This document shows, one piece after another, positions 39,201 through 49,628 of a DNA stretch of 64,000 nt; positions within the stretch are counted from its first letter, which is position 1, and every line of letters begins with the position of its first letter. Where the stretch lies: positions 1 through 64,000 of the IMG/VR virus record IMGVR_UViG_3300025154_000069; one strand, written 5' to 3'. The position numbers and the translations under genes are program-made. This stretch comes from a virus. The notes under the pieces are model-generated. The model ran no database searches. It saw only the letters and a program-made list of their open reading frames with translations, and was not told where the DNA came from.

Positions 39201-40640
39201 ATGCCTATAACAGCAAAGCCGTTCTCTTATGACGAGCAAATACAAAATATATCCTTCTCGGGTAGACCTGCGTTCTTCAATGCAAAAGACCTTGAAAAGA
39301 AGGGGGATATTGTTAAGAATGCGTTAGTAAATGCTATCGACTATCTCGGTGTTAAATCAACTGCTGTTGTAACGGTTACTAATGTTGTCGATACGGGATC
39401 TTCTGGAACGGTTATTCCTGACATTACAGGATGGAATACAAACGACAGTTATAAGACTATGACTCCCCCATCAGGTGATTATAGAGAAAGAACTTTGTCT
39501 TTCGATTACTCTATTTCTGCTGGGTATGTGTACACTAAAGGTGTTCGATTTAAGGTTACGGCTACTACAGGAAGCTTCTCAAAAGAATATGCATGGAAAG
39601 AAGGTACTCCACCATTGGCCGCTTACGTTGTTCTCTCATCGGAGCTCATCACAAAAAATTTCGGGGATGGAAAGCCTAACTCGAATACTCTTTGTGGTAT
39701 TCAGTCTACTGAATATCCTACTCTGGTTCCTTCTTGTAGCATTCAACAATACGATACACCCACTATATCTTGCGTTTCTTTGCCTTCATCGGTCTCTAAC
39801 TTTGTGTGTATACTTTATACTGTCCTTCCCTCCGAATCCGGGGGTACGGTTGTATACACCACATTTAGAAACTCGGAGGATATAGATGGTATAGAGGTTG
39901 CAACTGACACATATGTTCCCGGCATACTGTACGCCAATTATTCCCTACTTGAAAAACTCAATGCTTTCGAGTATGAGCCTGTTGGGTTGGTTTATCGTGG
40001 TGCTATTGGAAGCTCACAAGACTTGAACAACTATAAAACAATGGGGATATGGGTTATCAATTATCTTTCTAAGCCCTCTAATGTTCCCTCTGACACTATT
40101 CTCGGTGCTTCCTCTACCCCCGATTCATCTTTTTACTTAGAGGTTAGGTACTTTGGTGATTCCACAAAGGTTGCTCAGTTTATTGGTAACAGAAAAGGAA
40201 TACTTGCTAAAAGATACTTCGGTTCTGGTGGTTGGTCGTCTTGGGTAAGCTATTGGAGTAGCCAGACAGCAACTCTTTTAGGTTCCGATGCGTGCTCTAT
40301 CGTAAGTCCTTACGCAATGCAAAATCACGGTGCTTGGGTTACTGCTACTCTCGTTAATGCTTGGACAGGGTTTTTTAAGTATAGAAAACTTACTAACGGA
40401 CTAATAGAGGTTAAATTTCATCTTGATGGTACAAGCGCAACAAACATCTCGGTAACGGGGGTAGATAGTGGATATTTCCCGTTAGAGGAAATTATCAGGC
40501 CGGCTGTTGGTGATGCAAGTATACGAACCGCTAAAATATCTATTAGTACCCTTGGTCAAGTAGGTGCTTCCGGATATAACGGAGCTGATGCTGTTTCCTA
40601 TGACGGGGTGTTCGATGGAGGTTTTATTTACTCAAAATAA
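39201..40640 (+). CDS. Tail fibre protein with pyocin-knob-like domain
   Basis: DLNNYKTMGIW...P...LEV...Q...WSSW, then W....L.N.W....YRK fibre tip. Confidence 0.7.
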   Translation: MPITAKPFSYDEQIQNISFSGRPAFFNAKDLEKKGDIVKNALVNAIDYLGVKSTAVVTVTNVVDTGSSGTVIPDITGWNTNDSYKTMTPPSGDYRERTLSFDYSISAGYVYTKGVRFKVTATTGSFSKEYAWKEGTPPLAAYVVLSSELITKNFGDGKPNSNTLCGIQSTEYPTLVPSCSIQQYDTPTISCVSLPSSVSNFVCILYTVLPSESGGTVVYTTFRNSEDIDGIEVATDTYVPGILYANYSLLEKLNAFEYEPVGLVYRGAIGSSQDLNNYKTMGIWVINYLSKPSNVPSDTILGASSTPDSSFYLEVRYFGDSTKVAQFIGNRKGILAKRYFGSGGWSSWVSYWSSQTATLLGSDACSIVSPYAMQNHGAWVTATLVNAWTGFFKYRKLTNGLIEVKFHLDGTSATNISVTGVDSGYFPLEEIIRPAVGDASIRTAKISISTLGQVGASGYNGADAVSYDGVFDGGFIYSK

Positions 40641-40708
40641 AAATATAGTTCTTTTTAAGTCTTAGATAAAAATATTAATTATTATCTTTGCTTAAACTTT
40701 TGAATTAT

Positions 40709-42322
40709 ATGGATGCACTAATAAAGGGTACACTTACCTTAGATGTTTTTTCCTTAAACGATTTCGCAGGGCTTGTAAAAGAGCTTACAGTCAAAAACCC
40801 AAAATATTCTCAACAACAAAGGTTCTCAAGATTCAAAACAAAGATTCCTGAGTACCTTTCCTTTTATACAGCCAACAAAACAGATAATACTATCAGTGTT
40901 CCGAGGAGCTTTAAAATTGATAAGTATCTTGATGAACCCCTAACAATAAAAGATCATCGGTCTATAGGCTATATTAAAATAAGTAAGGCTAATAATATAA
41001 TATTAAGAGACTACCAAAAAGAAGTTATAGATTCTTATTTAGCTTTAAAGAGCAAGGGTAAGACCGATATAATGATTAACCTAAAACCGGGGGGAGGTAA
41101 GACTTTAATAGCTCTTTATCTTGCTTCCATTATAGGGATGAATGTTCTCGTTGTGTGCTTAACAAATCAACTGATAGATCAATGGATTCGGGTTATAACC
41201 GATGGCTTTAACGCAAATCGTGACCCCTTCTTCCCTGAGTGGACTGCAGGTAAGTATGACCCCAAGAAGGATTATTTATATGATATTACTTTCGCTACCT
41301 ATAGCCAACTGTCATCTGCTGACAACGGTTCCTTTAGCTATGATGAGGCGTTCTATGAAAGGTTCGGACACATTATATTTGATGAGTATCACAGGGCTGC
41401 TGCCGAAACTTACGGGGTTATTAATGATAGAGCTACCTGCTTCTATAAAACAACTTTAACCGCTACGTTTAGGCGTGCCGATGGGCTGCATAAAATACTT
41501 GCTCACTACATTTCTGATGTTGTCGAAAGTAGCAAAAAGACCGAGCCTGCAAGGGTGTATATAAGAAAGACAGGCATAGCTAAACCAGATGCATTTTTTA
41601 CCCGGTTTACTCCCCGTGCAGTCGGATATAATTTCTTGCGCCCGGGGGAATATATAAAGGTCACTAACGGGGCTGAAACATACACGGGAACGCTAAAGAG
41701 CAAGGATGCTAAAAACGGTCTTTTATTTGTTGTTGTCGGGGGGAAGATAATGGAATTTAAGGGGTATAAGGCATACCCAAAATCAGAGATGGTTACTGCC
41801 ACTATAGATTCCTTCATCTCCTCCGATCTAAGGTTGTACTCTTGTTTAATCAAAGATATTAAGCAGCTCTTGGCTGAGGGTAGAAAGATAATAGTCACAA
41901 GCAAAAACTTAAAGGTGCTTTACCTCACGTATTATTTTTTAGATCGGGCAGGGATTGATGGGTTATGTATTGTTGCTTCCGACAAGCAAGCAAAATATAA
42001 AGGCTTTGTTAAGAAGCTCGGTTATACCCTTGATGAATACGCCAAATACTGTATGAACGAGTCCAGAGTTATTCTTGGAGTGGATAAGATAGCAAAGGAG
42101 GGGATGGATGTTGATAAAGCGGACACCTTATTAATTACCACACCCACGAAGGACCCGGAACAGGTGTTCGGAAGGATAGACAGGGATTTTGAGGGTAAGA
42201 AAGAGAAAGTTATTTATGCTTACTTCTATGATGTGCCTATATACAGGAATATTGTTCTTAATGACTTTAAGAAAAATACTGAGAAGCTCGGACACTCTAT
42301 TGGTTATTTGCCACAAAAATAA
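40709..42322 (+). CDS. SF2 DExH helicase (UvsW/XPB-like)
   Basis: LRDYQ, PGGGKT, DEYH, TAT, EGMD, QVFGRIDR; TATCTTTG upstream at 40683. Confidence 0.9.
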   Translation: MDALIKGTLTLDVFSLNDFAGLVKELTVKNPKYSQQQRFSRFKTKIPEYLSFYTANKTDNTISVPRSFKIDKYLDEPLTIKDHRSIGYIKISKANNIILRDYQKEVIDSYLALKSKGKTDIMINLKPGGGKTLIALYLASIIGMNVLVVCLTNQLIDQWIRVITDGFNANRDPFFPEWTAGKYDPKKDYLYDITFATYSQLSSADNGSFSYDEAFYERFGHIIFDEYHRAAAETYGVINDRATCFYKTTLTATFRRADGLHKILAHYISDVVESSKKTEPARVYIRKTGIAKPDAFFTRFTPRAVGYNFLRPGEYIKVTNGAETYTGTLKSKDAKNGLLFVVVGGKIMEFKGYKAYPKSEMVTATIDSFISSDLRLYSCLIKDIKQLLAEGRKIIVTSKNLKVLYLTYYFLDRAGIDGLCIVASDKQAKYKGFVKKLGYTLDEYAKYCMNESRVILGVDKIAKEGMDVDKADTLLITTPTKDPEQVFGRIDRDFEGKKEKVIYAYFYDVPIYRNIVLNDFKKNTEKLGHSIGYLPQK

Positions 42323-42403
42323 AAGAGTTATTAAGAGTTACTAAGATTTACATTTTATATATTATTTTTGCATTACTAATTACTAACAATTAAATTTTTG
42401 AAG

Positions 42404-42937
42404 ATGAAAATTAAATTAAACGCCAAGGTTATCTTGGAAGGAGAACTTGATGCAGTGGTTATTGATGGAGTTCTTTTTGTATCGGTCGGAGATGTTTCGG
42501 AAATGACGGATTCAAAGAGTGCCCCCACAGCTATCGCAACAAAAACGCAAGAATCGGCAAGAGAACAAAAGGAAGAGGTTGCAAAACCTAAGAAAGAAAA
42601 GGTGACTGAAAAAGCACCCGTGGAAGAACCAAAAAAGACAAAGAAGGGAAAGAAAGAAAAAATGGTTGAGCTTGAAGATTTAGACTCGGTTGAACCCGGA
42701 GATACTTACAAGCTGAAATTCCCGTCAACGATGCTTGATGATTCTGACGACCCGGATTTATCCTATTCGGTGTTGGTTAAATCCGTTACAGAGGATGCTA
42801 TTCAATTCAAACTCACGGAAAGTTACGAAAACTTCTCGGTGGATGAGTTTGAGATCGAACTAAATGACTTTGATGCAGAAAATTTTGAGGGAGATGATGA
42901 GTTTCCGGCTAAATTGTTCGTTGCAGTTGTTGAGTAA
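42404..42937 (+). CDS. Hypothetical acidic protein
   Basis: Preceded by TATTTTTG (42363), followed by a terminator. Confidence 0.7.
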   Translation: MKIKLNAKVILEGELDAVVIDGVLFVSVGDVSEMTDSKSAPTAIATKTQESAREQKEEVAKPKKEKVTEKAPVEEPKKTKKGKKEKMVELEDLDSVEPGDTYKLKFPSTMLDDSDDPDLSYSVLVKSVTEDAIQFKLTESYENFSVDEFEIELNDFDAENFEGDDEFPAKLFVAVVE

Positions 42938-42947
42938 TTAATGTTTC

Positions 42948-42983
42948 GGTACGGGCTGAGTTCACTCTTAGCCCTACCTTTTT
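42948..42983 (+). terminator. Rho-independent terminator
   Basis: GGGCTGAG/CTTAGCCC stem plus T run. Confidence 0.7.
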
Positions 42984-42998
42984 GTAAAACAATCACAC

Positions 42999-43481
42999 AT
43001 GAAAATAAATAGGCCGATAGGCAAAGAAAAGTCTAATCTGGAAGAATCTTCCGAAATCATAAAGCAAGCGGTGTATTCTGAGTGCTTAGTTAAGTTGAAG
43101 CTCGATGGTGATATAAAGAATTTGTCGAAGAAAAAAGAGGGTATTGTTGAGAAAATTTTCAACTCTATTAAGCCTTTTTTCACTAAGGATAAAGACTCAG
43201 AGGTTATTGTGCTGCAAGATGCTCTTGGTGAGAATCCGATACTTGTTTCTTTACAGGCATCTAAGGGAAGCGAATCTTTGAACGAAGGGTGGGAAGATAT
43301 TTTGAGAGATGTTTTAAAGAATGAGTTTGATACCTACGTTGAAGAGATCAAGTATTATTCTTTGCGCCCGGGAGCACTTGAAACCCTTATTCTAAAAAAG
43401 AAATTGGATGACGCTACGTACAAAAAGCTTATCACCAAAAGACCGGGAACATCGAGCAGGATAATAAAAAGGATAAAGTAG
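42999..43481 (+). CDS. Hypothetical protein
   Basis: 160-aa ORF. Confidence 0.65.
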   Translation: MKINRPIGKEKSNLEESSEIIKQAVYSECLVKLKLDGDIKNLSKKKEGIVEKIFNSIKPFFTKDKDSEVIVLQDALGENPILVSLQASKGSESLNEGWEDILRDVLKNEFDTYVEEIKYYSLRPGALETLILKKKLDDATYKKLITKRPGTSSRIIKRIK

Positions 43482-43482
43482 C

Positions 43483-43914
43483 ATGCCGAAAGTGTATTCT
43501 ATAGGTGGAAAATCTGTTGTGTTTTATTCAATAACTGACTTGGCTAAGAGTACCAAAAGGACTAAGTACTCTATTTACAACCTTGAAGTAACAGGAACTC
43601 TTCCCTCCCCTAATTTCAGAACAAAGCCGAAATTTAGGAAGAAAAAGGTTCCAAATATATCACAAGAGGAATATGTGAATTACAAGTCTTTGTACTTTGA
43701 ATATCTTGCCGGGAATGCATCCCTAAAGGATTTAGAGGTGGGAATTAAGTCATTACAAATAATGGATGGCGATAGGTTATACTCTGAGTTTATTTTTTCC
43801 GATCTTTGCAAGATTATAAATGGAATACGCAAGGGGATTAAAATATCGGACTCAGTTAAATTAGAAATTAAAAATTTATTTGTAACAGAAAAAAGTAAAG
43901 TCTATGAAAATTAA
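43483..43914 (+). CDS. Putative MerR/excisionase-like DNA-binding protein
   Basis: YSITDLAK...YNLE..GTLP.P...GDRLYS. Confidence 0.5.
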   Translation: MPKVYSIGGKSVVFYSITDLAKSTKRTKYSIYNLEVTGTLPSPNFRTKPKFRKKKVPNISQEEYVNYKSLYFEYLAGNASLKDLEVGIKSLQIMDGDRLYSEFIFSDLCKIINGIRKGIKISDSVKLEIKNLFVTEKSKVYEN

Positions 43915-44437
43915 AGCAAAAGAAGAGGGTAAAGCACCCGTTAAAGAACCGAAGGGGGAACTTTTGGAAACAAATGATGTTTCATACATCGTGTTTACAG
44001 AGAATGAACTCAGAACCATGTCGCAAGAGGTTGTTGACAAGATTATGATTATTTATGGTATTGATGCAGCCGAAGAACTTAAAGCACTTGGTAAGACACG
44101 TGCTACCGATACCTTTAAATCCGATCTTATCTTGCGTAAGCAATTAGATTCAATAAAGGAAACGGGCGGAACCCCGAAAGGGTTGGTTCAAATTGCAGGA
44201 TTAAAGACCCCCGATTTAGGGTTTACAACAACGAGCATATCTACTACGATCAACATGGGTAATTACAACTCGTTGAAAGTCGAATCTGGTCTTACCCTCC
44301 CGGTTGGGTATGACAGAAACCTTGAAAATATTGCTGTCGATCAGCTTTCCAAACAGCTTGAAGCAAACAAGGTTTTTCTTCTGTCAAAAATAGAAGAAAT
44401 GAAGGATGAATTTGAAAGTTCATTCCCACACAAGTAA
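43904..44437 (+). CDS. Hypothetical protein
   Basis: TINMGNYNSLKVE motif. Confidence 0.65.
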   Translation: MKIKAKEEGKAPVKEPKGELLETNDVSYIVFTENELRTMSQEVVDKIMIIYGIDAAEELKALGKTRATDTFKSDLILRKQLDSIKETGGTPKGLVQIAGLKTPDLGFTTTSISTTINMGNYNSLKVESGLTLPVGYDRNLENIAVDQLSKQLEANKVFLLSKIEEMKDEFESSFPHK

Positions 44438-44455
44438 CCGATTTATTCACATTTG

Positions 44456-44483
44456 AAAGGTACTCGCTGTAGTACCTTTTTTT
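44456..44483 (+). terminator. Rho-independent terminator
   Basis: AAAGGTACT/AGTACCTTT stem plus T run. Confidence 0.75.
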
Positions 44484-44498
44484 AACACATAATATTTT

Positions 44499-45245
44499 AT
44501 GGAATCAATAAAATTGTGGGATTCTGGTGTGTTCGGAGACCATAAAGAATATAAACTTGTTTATCTCGGTATGCTCATTCCTTATGGGCTTTTGGATAGG
44601 GTCGGTTTATTTATAACTAAGACCGATCTTGTAAAGGCATCAAAGAAGTTTGTCCAAGAGGTTATTGATACTCTTATTGAAGAGGGCTATGCAGAAAATG
44701 ACGGAGATAAGGTGTACCTTGCATACTATAACGGAACCAAGCTTAACTTCTTGTATCTTGATAACAAGAATGATAATGTGGTTATTAAATCCGCTTCCGA
44801 TAAATTCTATTCCCTATTGGAACCGTCACTTGATGAGTATAAATCAATATGTAGTGATTTCCGAAAGGACACATTTTTCTTGCAGGTTCGCAGGGTTATA
44901 GATTTATGCTTAATAAGGATGAAAAAAGGACAGGCAGCAGACTTTGATGTGGTTAAAATGATTCGTGCTATTGACGGGATTACTTCCGGAGCTTTGGGTA
45001 TGGATTTTATATCGAGCACAGCGAGGGAAAAAGCTTATGTTTCGTCACTAAGGAAGATATTTAATGATGATGTTATGCTTTCACTCTCTTATCTCTACTT
45101 TATGCAAAACAGGACAAAATTTGCAACCAAAGGGGTGTACAATATGTATAGCTTTAAATGGATTGCCCCACAGGTTCAAGGTTTGGTAGTAAAAGCATTA
45201 AATGAAAATAAAGGAGCGCGCGGTGATGGAAAGAAATATTTCTAA
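44499..45245 (+). CDS. Hypothetical protein, possible replication initiator
   Basis: Directly upstream of loader, helicase and primase; function by synteny only. Confidence 0.45.
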   Translation: MESIKLWDSGVFGDHKEYKLVYLGMLIPYGLLDRVGLFITKTDLVKASKKFVQEVIDTLIEEGYAENDGDKVYLAYYNGTKLNFLYLDNKNDNVVIKSASDKFYSLLEPSLDEYKSICSDFRKDTFFLQVRRVIDLCLIRMKKGQAADFDVVKMIRAIDGITSGALGMDFISSTAREKAYVSSLRKIFNDDVMLSLSYLYFMQNRTKFATKGVYNMYSFKWIAPQVQGLVVKALNENKGARGDGKKYF

Positions 45246-45819
45246 AGAATACCTAAAAGCAGGTATATTCGAGAAGTGGCACAAAACTTCTTTGGCTGAG
45301 TACGAGGGGAATGAAAATCTAACTACTTTTATACGGGATTACTTAAACAACCCTATAGAAAGAGGTATATTTATGACAGGAATAAACGGAACCGGAAAGA
45401 CCATGTTGATGAATATCATGTTTAAAAAATTCATTGACTCAGGTGAGTCCGCTTTAATAGTTCCTTATTGGGAGGTAGTAAAGGCTTATATAGACTCTTG
45501 GTCGAACAAGGAGTCTGTTTACAACTTGATGAAAAAGGTTAAATATCTCGGAATAGATGATTTTGGAAAAAGTTTCGAGGGAACGGACAACTCTAAGAGG
45601 ATGGCCAAGAGTGCTGTCGAGTTCTTATTAACCTATAGGGTGCAGAGATTGAAACCTACTTTTTTTACTTCTAATATTCAATATAAGGATTTGCGGGAAG
45701 AGTACGGTGATGATATAGCATCTAAGCTTAATGAGGCTTGTGTGTTGGTCGAGATTGAAAACAAAAACAAGAAAAAAGCAGATTACAGATACAACTTAAA
45801 CGAATATTATGGTTTTTGA
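45226..45819 (+). CDS. DnaC/IstB-like AAA+ helicase loader
   Basis: GINGTGKT, LGIDDFG, PTFFTSN. Confidence 0.85.
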   Translation: MERNISKEYLKAGIFEKWHKTSLAEYEGNENLTTFIRDYLNNPIERGIFMTGINGTGKTMLMNIMFKKFIDSGESALIVPYWEVVKAYIDSWSNKESVYNLMKKVKYLGIDDFGKSFEGTDNSKRMAKSAVEFLLTYRVQRLKPTFFTSNIQYKDLREEYGDDIASKLNEACVLVEIENKNKKKADYRYNLNEYYGF

Positions 45820-47050
45820 AAGTTTTGTATATTCCTTACTTGACTCTGGGGATTTTAAGTCTCTTGGGTTGGCCAAAGAGGAATATTTTACGGTAGACGA
45901 TTTCAAGGTTATTTCTTACTTAAATGACTACTTTATTAAGTTTAACAAGATGCCCGATGTCACAACGGTAGAGGTTAAATTTAAGACTAAGCTGCACAAA
46001 AATACTTCCCCACCTGAGTATTGGTTAAAGGAGCTAAAGGATAAAAATGTAAAGAACGTCATAGACGACACTTTAAGGCTTCTGGTGAAGAGCAAGAACC
46101 CGATAAGCACATTGACCGATGCGTTGCATAAAATACAGCTTGACGACCCAATGGCTGCTACTACGGAGTATGGAGCCAACACGAAAGAAAGGTACGATCG
46201 GTACATAAATGAGAAGAAGAAAAATCTTGGGGTAACATATTTGTCAACAGGAGACCTTAAACTCGATGAATTTACAGGTGGGTACAGGAAAGGAGACTTG
46301 TGGCTTATAGCCGGATATGAAAAGATAGGTAAGTCATTTAAGTTACTAAGGCTTGCTAACGAGGTATCAAGAACCATAGCTGTTAAATTCCCGGACAAGA
46401 AAGCTCTTTTTGTTTCTCTTGAAGTGAATGAGGATGAATTTATGGATAGATTGGACTGTATCAATGCAGGTATTTCTTATGAGAGATTCGATTCGGGTAA
46501 GTTGAAGAAAGAGGAGATGCTAAAGCTTAAATCCTATTATAAACAGGTAGAAAACAACCCGGATGCAAAAGAGCACCGATTGTTGCTTGAAAGTAGGTTG
46601 AGCAAGATGTCTGATCTGGAAAGTTTCATAAGAATCTACAAACCCGCTATAGTGTTTGTTGATAGTGTTCACCTCTGGTCTGCTTCTTTGGATTGGAAAG
46701 ACATGATGAAGATAACACAGCAGTTGAAGAATACGGCAAGGGCAACCAATACCCCTATCATAGTTACAGCACATGCCAATTTAAAAGAGGGGGATGAGAT
46801 AACAAAAATGGATGGGAATGTGTTCTCATACTTCAAGGCAGGTAGAGACCCAGATTTCTCATTCGTTATGTTTCGTGATACAAAAATGGCGGTGTTGGGA
46901 TTGACCGGAATGTTATCTGCTTTTTCGAGAAGGAAAAGAAAGTTTGTTCAAACAGTAAAGACAAATTGGGAAACCATGCATGAGGAGACTGTTGATATTT
47001 GTTACTTTGAGGACTTTTCTTCTGATGATCTTGACGACAGTATGTTTTAA
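45809..47050 (+). CDS. dnaB: DnaB-like replicative helicase
   Basis: LSTG...D...GG, AGYEKIGKS, FVSLE, IVFVD, LKNTA. Confidence 0.85.
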   Translation: MVFESFVYSLLDSGDFKSLGLAKEEYFTVDDFKVISYLNDYFIKFNKMPDVTTVEVKFKTKLHKNTSPPEYWLKELKDKNVKNVIDDTLRLLVKSKNPISTLTDALHKIQLDDPMAATTEYGANTKERYDRYINEKKKNLGVTYLSTGDLKLDEFTGGYRKGDLWLIAGYEKIGKSFKLLRLANEVSRTIAVKFPDKKALFVSLEVNEDEFMDRLDCINAGISYERFDSGKLKKEEMLKLKSYYKQVENNPDAKEHRLLLESRLSKMSDLESFIRIYKPAIVFVDSVHLWSASLDWKDMMKITQQLKNTARATNTPIIVTAHANLKEGDEITKMDGNVFSYFKAGRDPDFSFVMFRDTKMAVLGLTGMLSAFSRRKRKFVQTVKTNWETMHEETVDICYFEDFSSDDLDDSMF

Positions 47051-47060
47051 AACCAATTAT

Positions 47061-47312
47061 ATGAAAATAATACTCATAGTTTTCGGTGTGATATTCGCAC
47101 TAATTTTTACGGCAATAGCGGTGTTTCTAATGGCTATTTGGCGAACATCTTTAGTTAAAACCGGGTACATGCAAAGCCTATATCGTATGCTTGAGGCATT
47201 AAAGAATGAGTTTGCTAAAAATACCGAGGGGCTAAAGAAGATCGGGCAACATTTTGAAAAAACAGTAAAAGACTTCAAAGATGAAATTGAGAAGTACTCA
47301 AATAAAGACTGA
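47061..47312 (+). CDS. Small membrane protein
   Basis: N-terminal TM segment. Confidence 0.55.
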   Translation: MKIILIVFGVIFALIFTAIAVFLMAIWRTSLVKTGYMQSLYRMLEALKNEFAKNTEGLKKIGQHFEKTVKDFKDEIEKYSNKD

Positions 47313-48201
47313 GATAACGCCAGAAGAAGTATTCGCTACTCTTTCACGGCTTACCCCAACAAATACAGGGTATAAGGCTTTATGCCCTAACCCGGAGCAC
47401 AAAGATACAAAACTTGGAAACTTTCATATAAATCTTAGTAAGGGTTATATGAAGTGCTTTTCTTGTGGATGGAGTAAGTCAGTATTCGATTTTCTTATAG
47501 AGGGAGGGGTGAGTTTTGCAGAAGCATATAAATTTTTCATAGAGCCGAGAGAATTAGAGAACAGAGAGGTTTTGTTCCCTATAGCTATTGGAGCACCAAA
47601 GGAGTTTTTAGATAGGGGGTTCACAAAGGAGACATTAGAGCATTTTAAGGTTGGTTATTCGGAGCACGATGGAAGAATAGAGATTCCTGTTATATTTTAT
47701 GACAAGGTTGTTGGAGTTGTTTACAGAAAGCCGGGGAAGAAGTTGTTTTCTAATGATGGATTTTTAATGCATGATTTTATTTATAACTATGAACCTACAG
47801 AAGAGAGGTATTTTACAGAAGGGTTCACGGATGTGTTCAGAACCTACCAGAACGGAGTAGAAAATATTTCCGCAACGATGGGGGTAAGCATAACCCCTAA
47901 ACAGCTTGCTCTTATGAGGAGGCATAAGGTTATCCATCTTGGGTACGATTATGACTATGCAGGGGTTTCTGCTATGTACCATATCTATTATTCGCTCAGA
48001 GATTATGTTGATATAAATGTCCTTCCCTTTAAAGCTGATTTGGGGGATAAGAATGATCTTGGTAACTGCTCTAAGGTAAGTATAGAAAAGGCGGTAAAAA
48101 GAATATCCCCATTTGTAAATTTCGACATAGCTTTTCAACAAAGACAGCCGGAACTGTATGAAAAGATAAAAAAAGAATTAACAAAAGGTAGGCTTATTTA
48201 G
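47281..48201 (+). CDS. dnaG: DNA primase (CHC2 Zn finger plus TOPRIM)
   Basis: CPNPEH..CFSC, TEGFTD, YDYD.AG. Confidence 0.88.
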   Translation: MKLRSTQIKTEITPEEVFATLSRLTPTNTGYKALCPNPEHKDTKLGNFHINLSKGYMKCFSCGWSKSVFDFLIEGGVSFAEAYKFFIEPRELENREVLFPIAIGAPKEFLDRGFTKETLEHFKVGYSEHDGRIEIPVIFYDKVVGVVYRKPGKKLFSNDGFLMHDFIYNYEPTEERYFTEGFTDVFRTYQNGVENISATMGVSITPKQLALMRRHKVIHLGYDYDYAGVSAMYHIYYSLRDYVDINVLPFKADLGDKNDLGNCSKVSIEKAVKRISPFVNFDIAFQQRQPELYEKIKKELTKGRLI

Positions 48202-48234
48202 ATTTATTTTTACCTTTACAATAAAATTAAAAGC

Positions 48235-48738
48235 ATGGAACTTAAAGATGTTGGCAGGTATTTAATAGAGGGCATATATAAAAAAGATTTTGCTACAGTT
48301 TGTGATGAAAACCCTGATCTTATAAACACACCAGAACGGTTTGCAAAAGCTATTACCGAATGGTTCACACCTACCCCGTTTGAATTTACTACCTTTGATG
48401 GCGAGGGGTATGGTTTGGTAGCTGTTTCCGATATTGACTTCCACAGTTTTTGTGAGCACCACTTAGCAGCCATAATAGGCAAGGTTTCAATAAAGTATAT
48501 CCCGAATAAAAAAATAGCCGGGCTGTCAAAGTTTCCAAGAACAGTAAGATTCTTTTCAAAAAAGCCGATGATTCAAGAGAGGTTCAACAAAGAAGTTTTC
48601 GACTTCCTATGGGATAAGCTCGAACCAAAATACCTTAGAGTTGATGTTGATGCTTTGCACACCTGCATGACTACAAGAGGTGCTAACTCGGTCAATTCAA
48701 GCACAAAAACATACATAGAGAAGGGAGAGCAACAATAA
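48235..48738 (+). CDS. folE: GTP cyclohydrolase I
   Basis: TPER, SFCEHH, GLSK, IQER, HTCM..RG. Confidence 0.95.
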   Translation: MELKDVGRYLIEGIYKKDFATVCDENPDLINTPERFAKAITEWFTPTPFEFTTFDGEGYGLVAVSDIDFHSFCEHHLAAIIGKVSIKYIPNKKIAGLSKFPRTVRFFSKKPMIQERFNKEVFDFLWDKLEPKYLRVDVDALHTCMTTRGANSVNSSTKTYIEKGEQQ

Positions 48739-48821
48739 AATAATAGTTGCTTTTCTTGTCTATTTTCTCCCCGAAAATTCTTATATTTACTAATTAATAA
48801 ATACTAACTAAATTTAGCGTT

Positions 48822-49628
48822 ATGCCAAAAATTGAAACTAAAAATCCTGAAAAAGGTATCAGAAAGCCGAAAGTGGCACAAAAGAATGAAGATTCCCAAG
48901 AAGATGTGTGGGATCAGATTGAGAAGATGAAACCATCCGGGGGTGGAAATTTCGAGGAGTTAAAAGACTCAAACGGATTCTCAAAGAAAGATGTTAATTT
49001 CTTTCTTGATGATGATAACAAGGAGGCAGATATTGTAATCCTTGCAGCCGTTCCCTACATTATCCCGATTCACTCGATGGTAAAAATTGTAGAACCGCAA
49101 AAGGGAGCATCCTTTAAGGTGTACCCGGTTAAAACATGCTTGAAAATTTCTTCAAAATCTTGCCCGTACTGTGACAAATCATCAACCTCAAAATCGGTCA
49201 AGAAAGCGTATGACGGAATATTTTTCCCAATGGTTGATCTTCGTGGAAAGAGAACAGAGGACAAGGATTATGACGGTGATGCTTTTCCAAAGTTCATGAA
49301 GGTTACAAGGGATGAAGCTATGCAAATCCGTGACATGATTGACTCCTTGAAAGAGGACAAAATGAAAATTTCTGATGTTGTTGTCAACGTAGAAAAGACC
49401 GGGAAGCAAAGAGTTTTCTCGATCAAGCAAGTAAAAACAAAGGGGAGACAATTCGAGGAGGTTAAGGTTGACACCGAAGTAAAGAAGCTCGCAAACGGTG
49501 ACATTGCCTCTGCAACAATAGAGGATGAAAAGAACGAATATTTCTCAGGTAAAACCCCGTTGTTCTCCGAACTTTGGGCTACACCGGAAGAGTATGCCGA
49601 TGCAGAAAGAGAAGCATCAGACGTTTAG
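48822..49628 (+). CDS. Putative single-stranded DNA-binding protein (gp32-like, Zn)
   Basis: H...C.....CPYC cluster, acidic end, position in the replication module. Confidence 0.55.
   Translation: MPKIETKNPEKGIRKPKVAQKNEDSQEDVWDQIEKMKPSGGGNFEELKDSNGFSKKDVNFFLDDDNKEADIVILAAVPYIIPIHSMVKIVEPQKGASFKVYPVKTCLKISSKSCPYCDKSSTSKSVKKAYDGIFFPMVDLRGKRTEDKDYDGDAFPKFMKVTRDEAMQIRDMIDSLKEDKMKISDVVVNVEKTGKQRVFSIKQVKTKGRQFEEVKVDTEVKKLANGDIASATIEDEKNEYFSGKTPLFSELWATPEEYADAEREASDV

Noticed and set aside
32657-40640. Diversity-generating retroelement or invertible fibre cassette
   Set aside because: No reverse transcriptase, TR/VR pair, invertase or flanking inverted repeats seen
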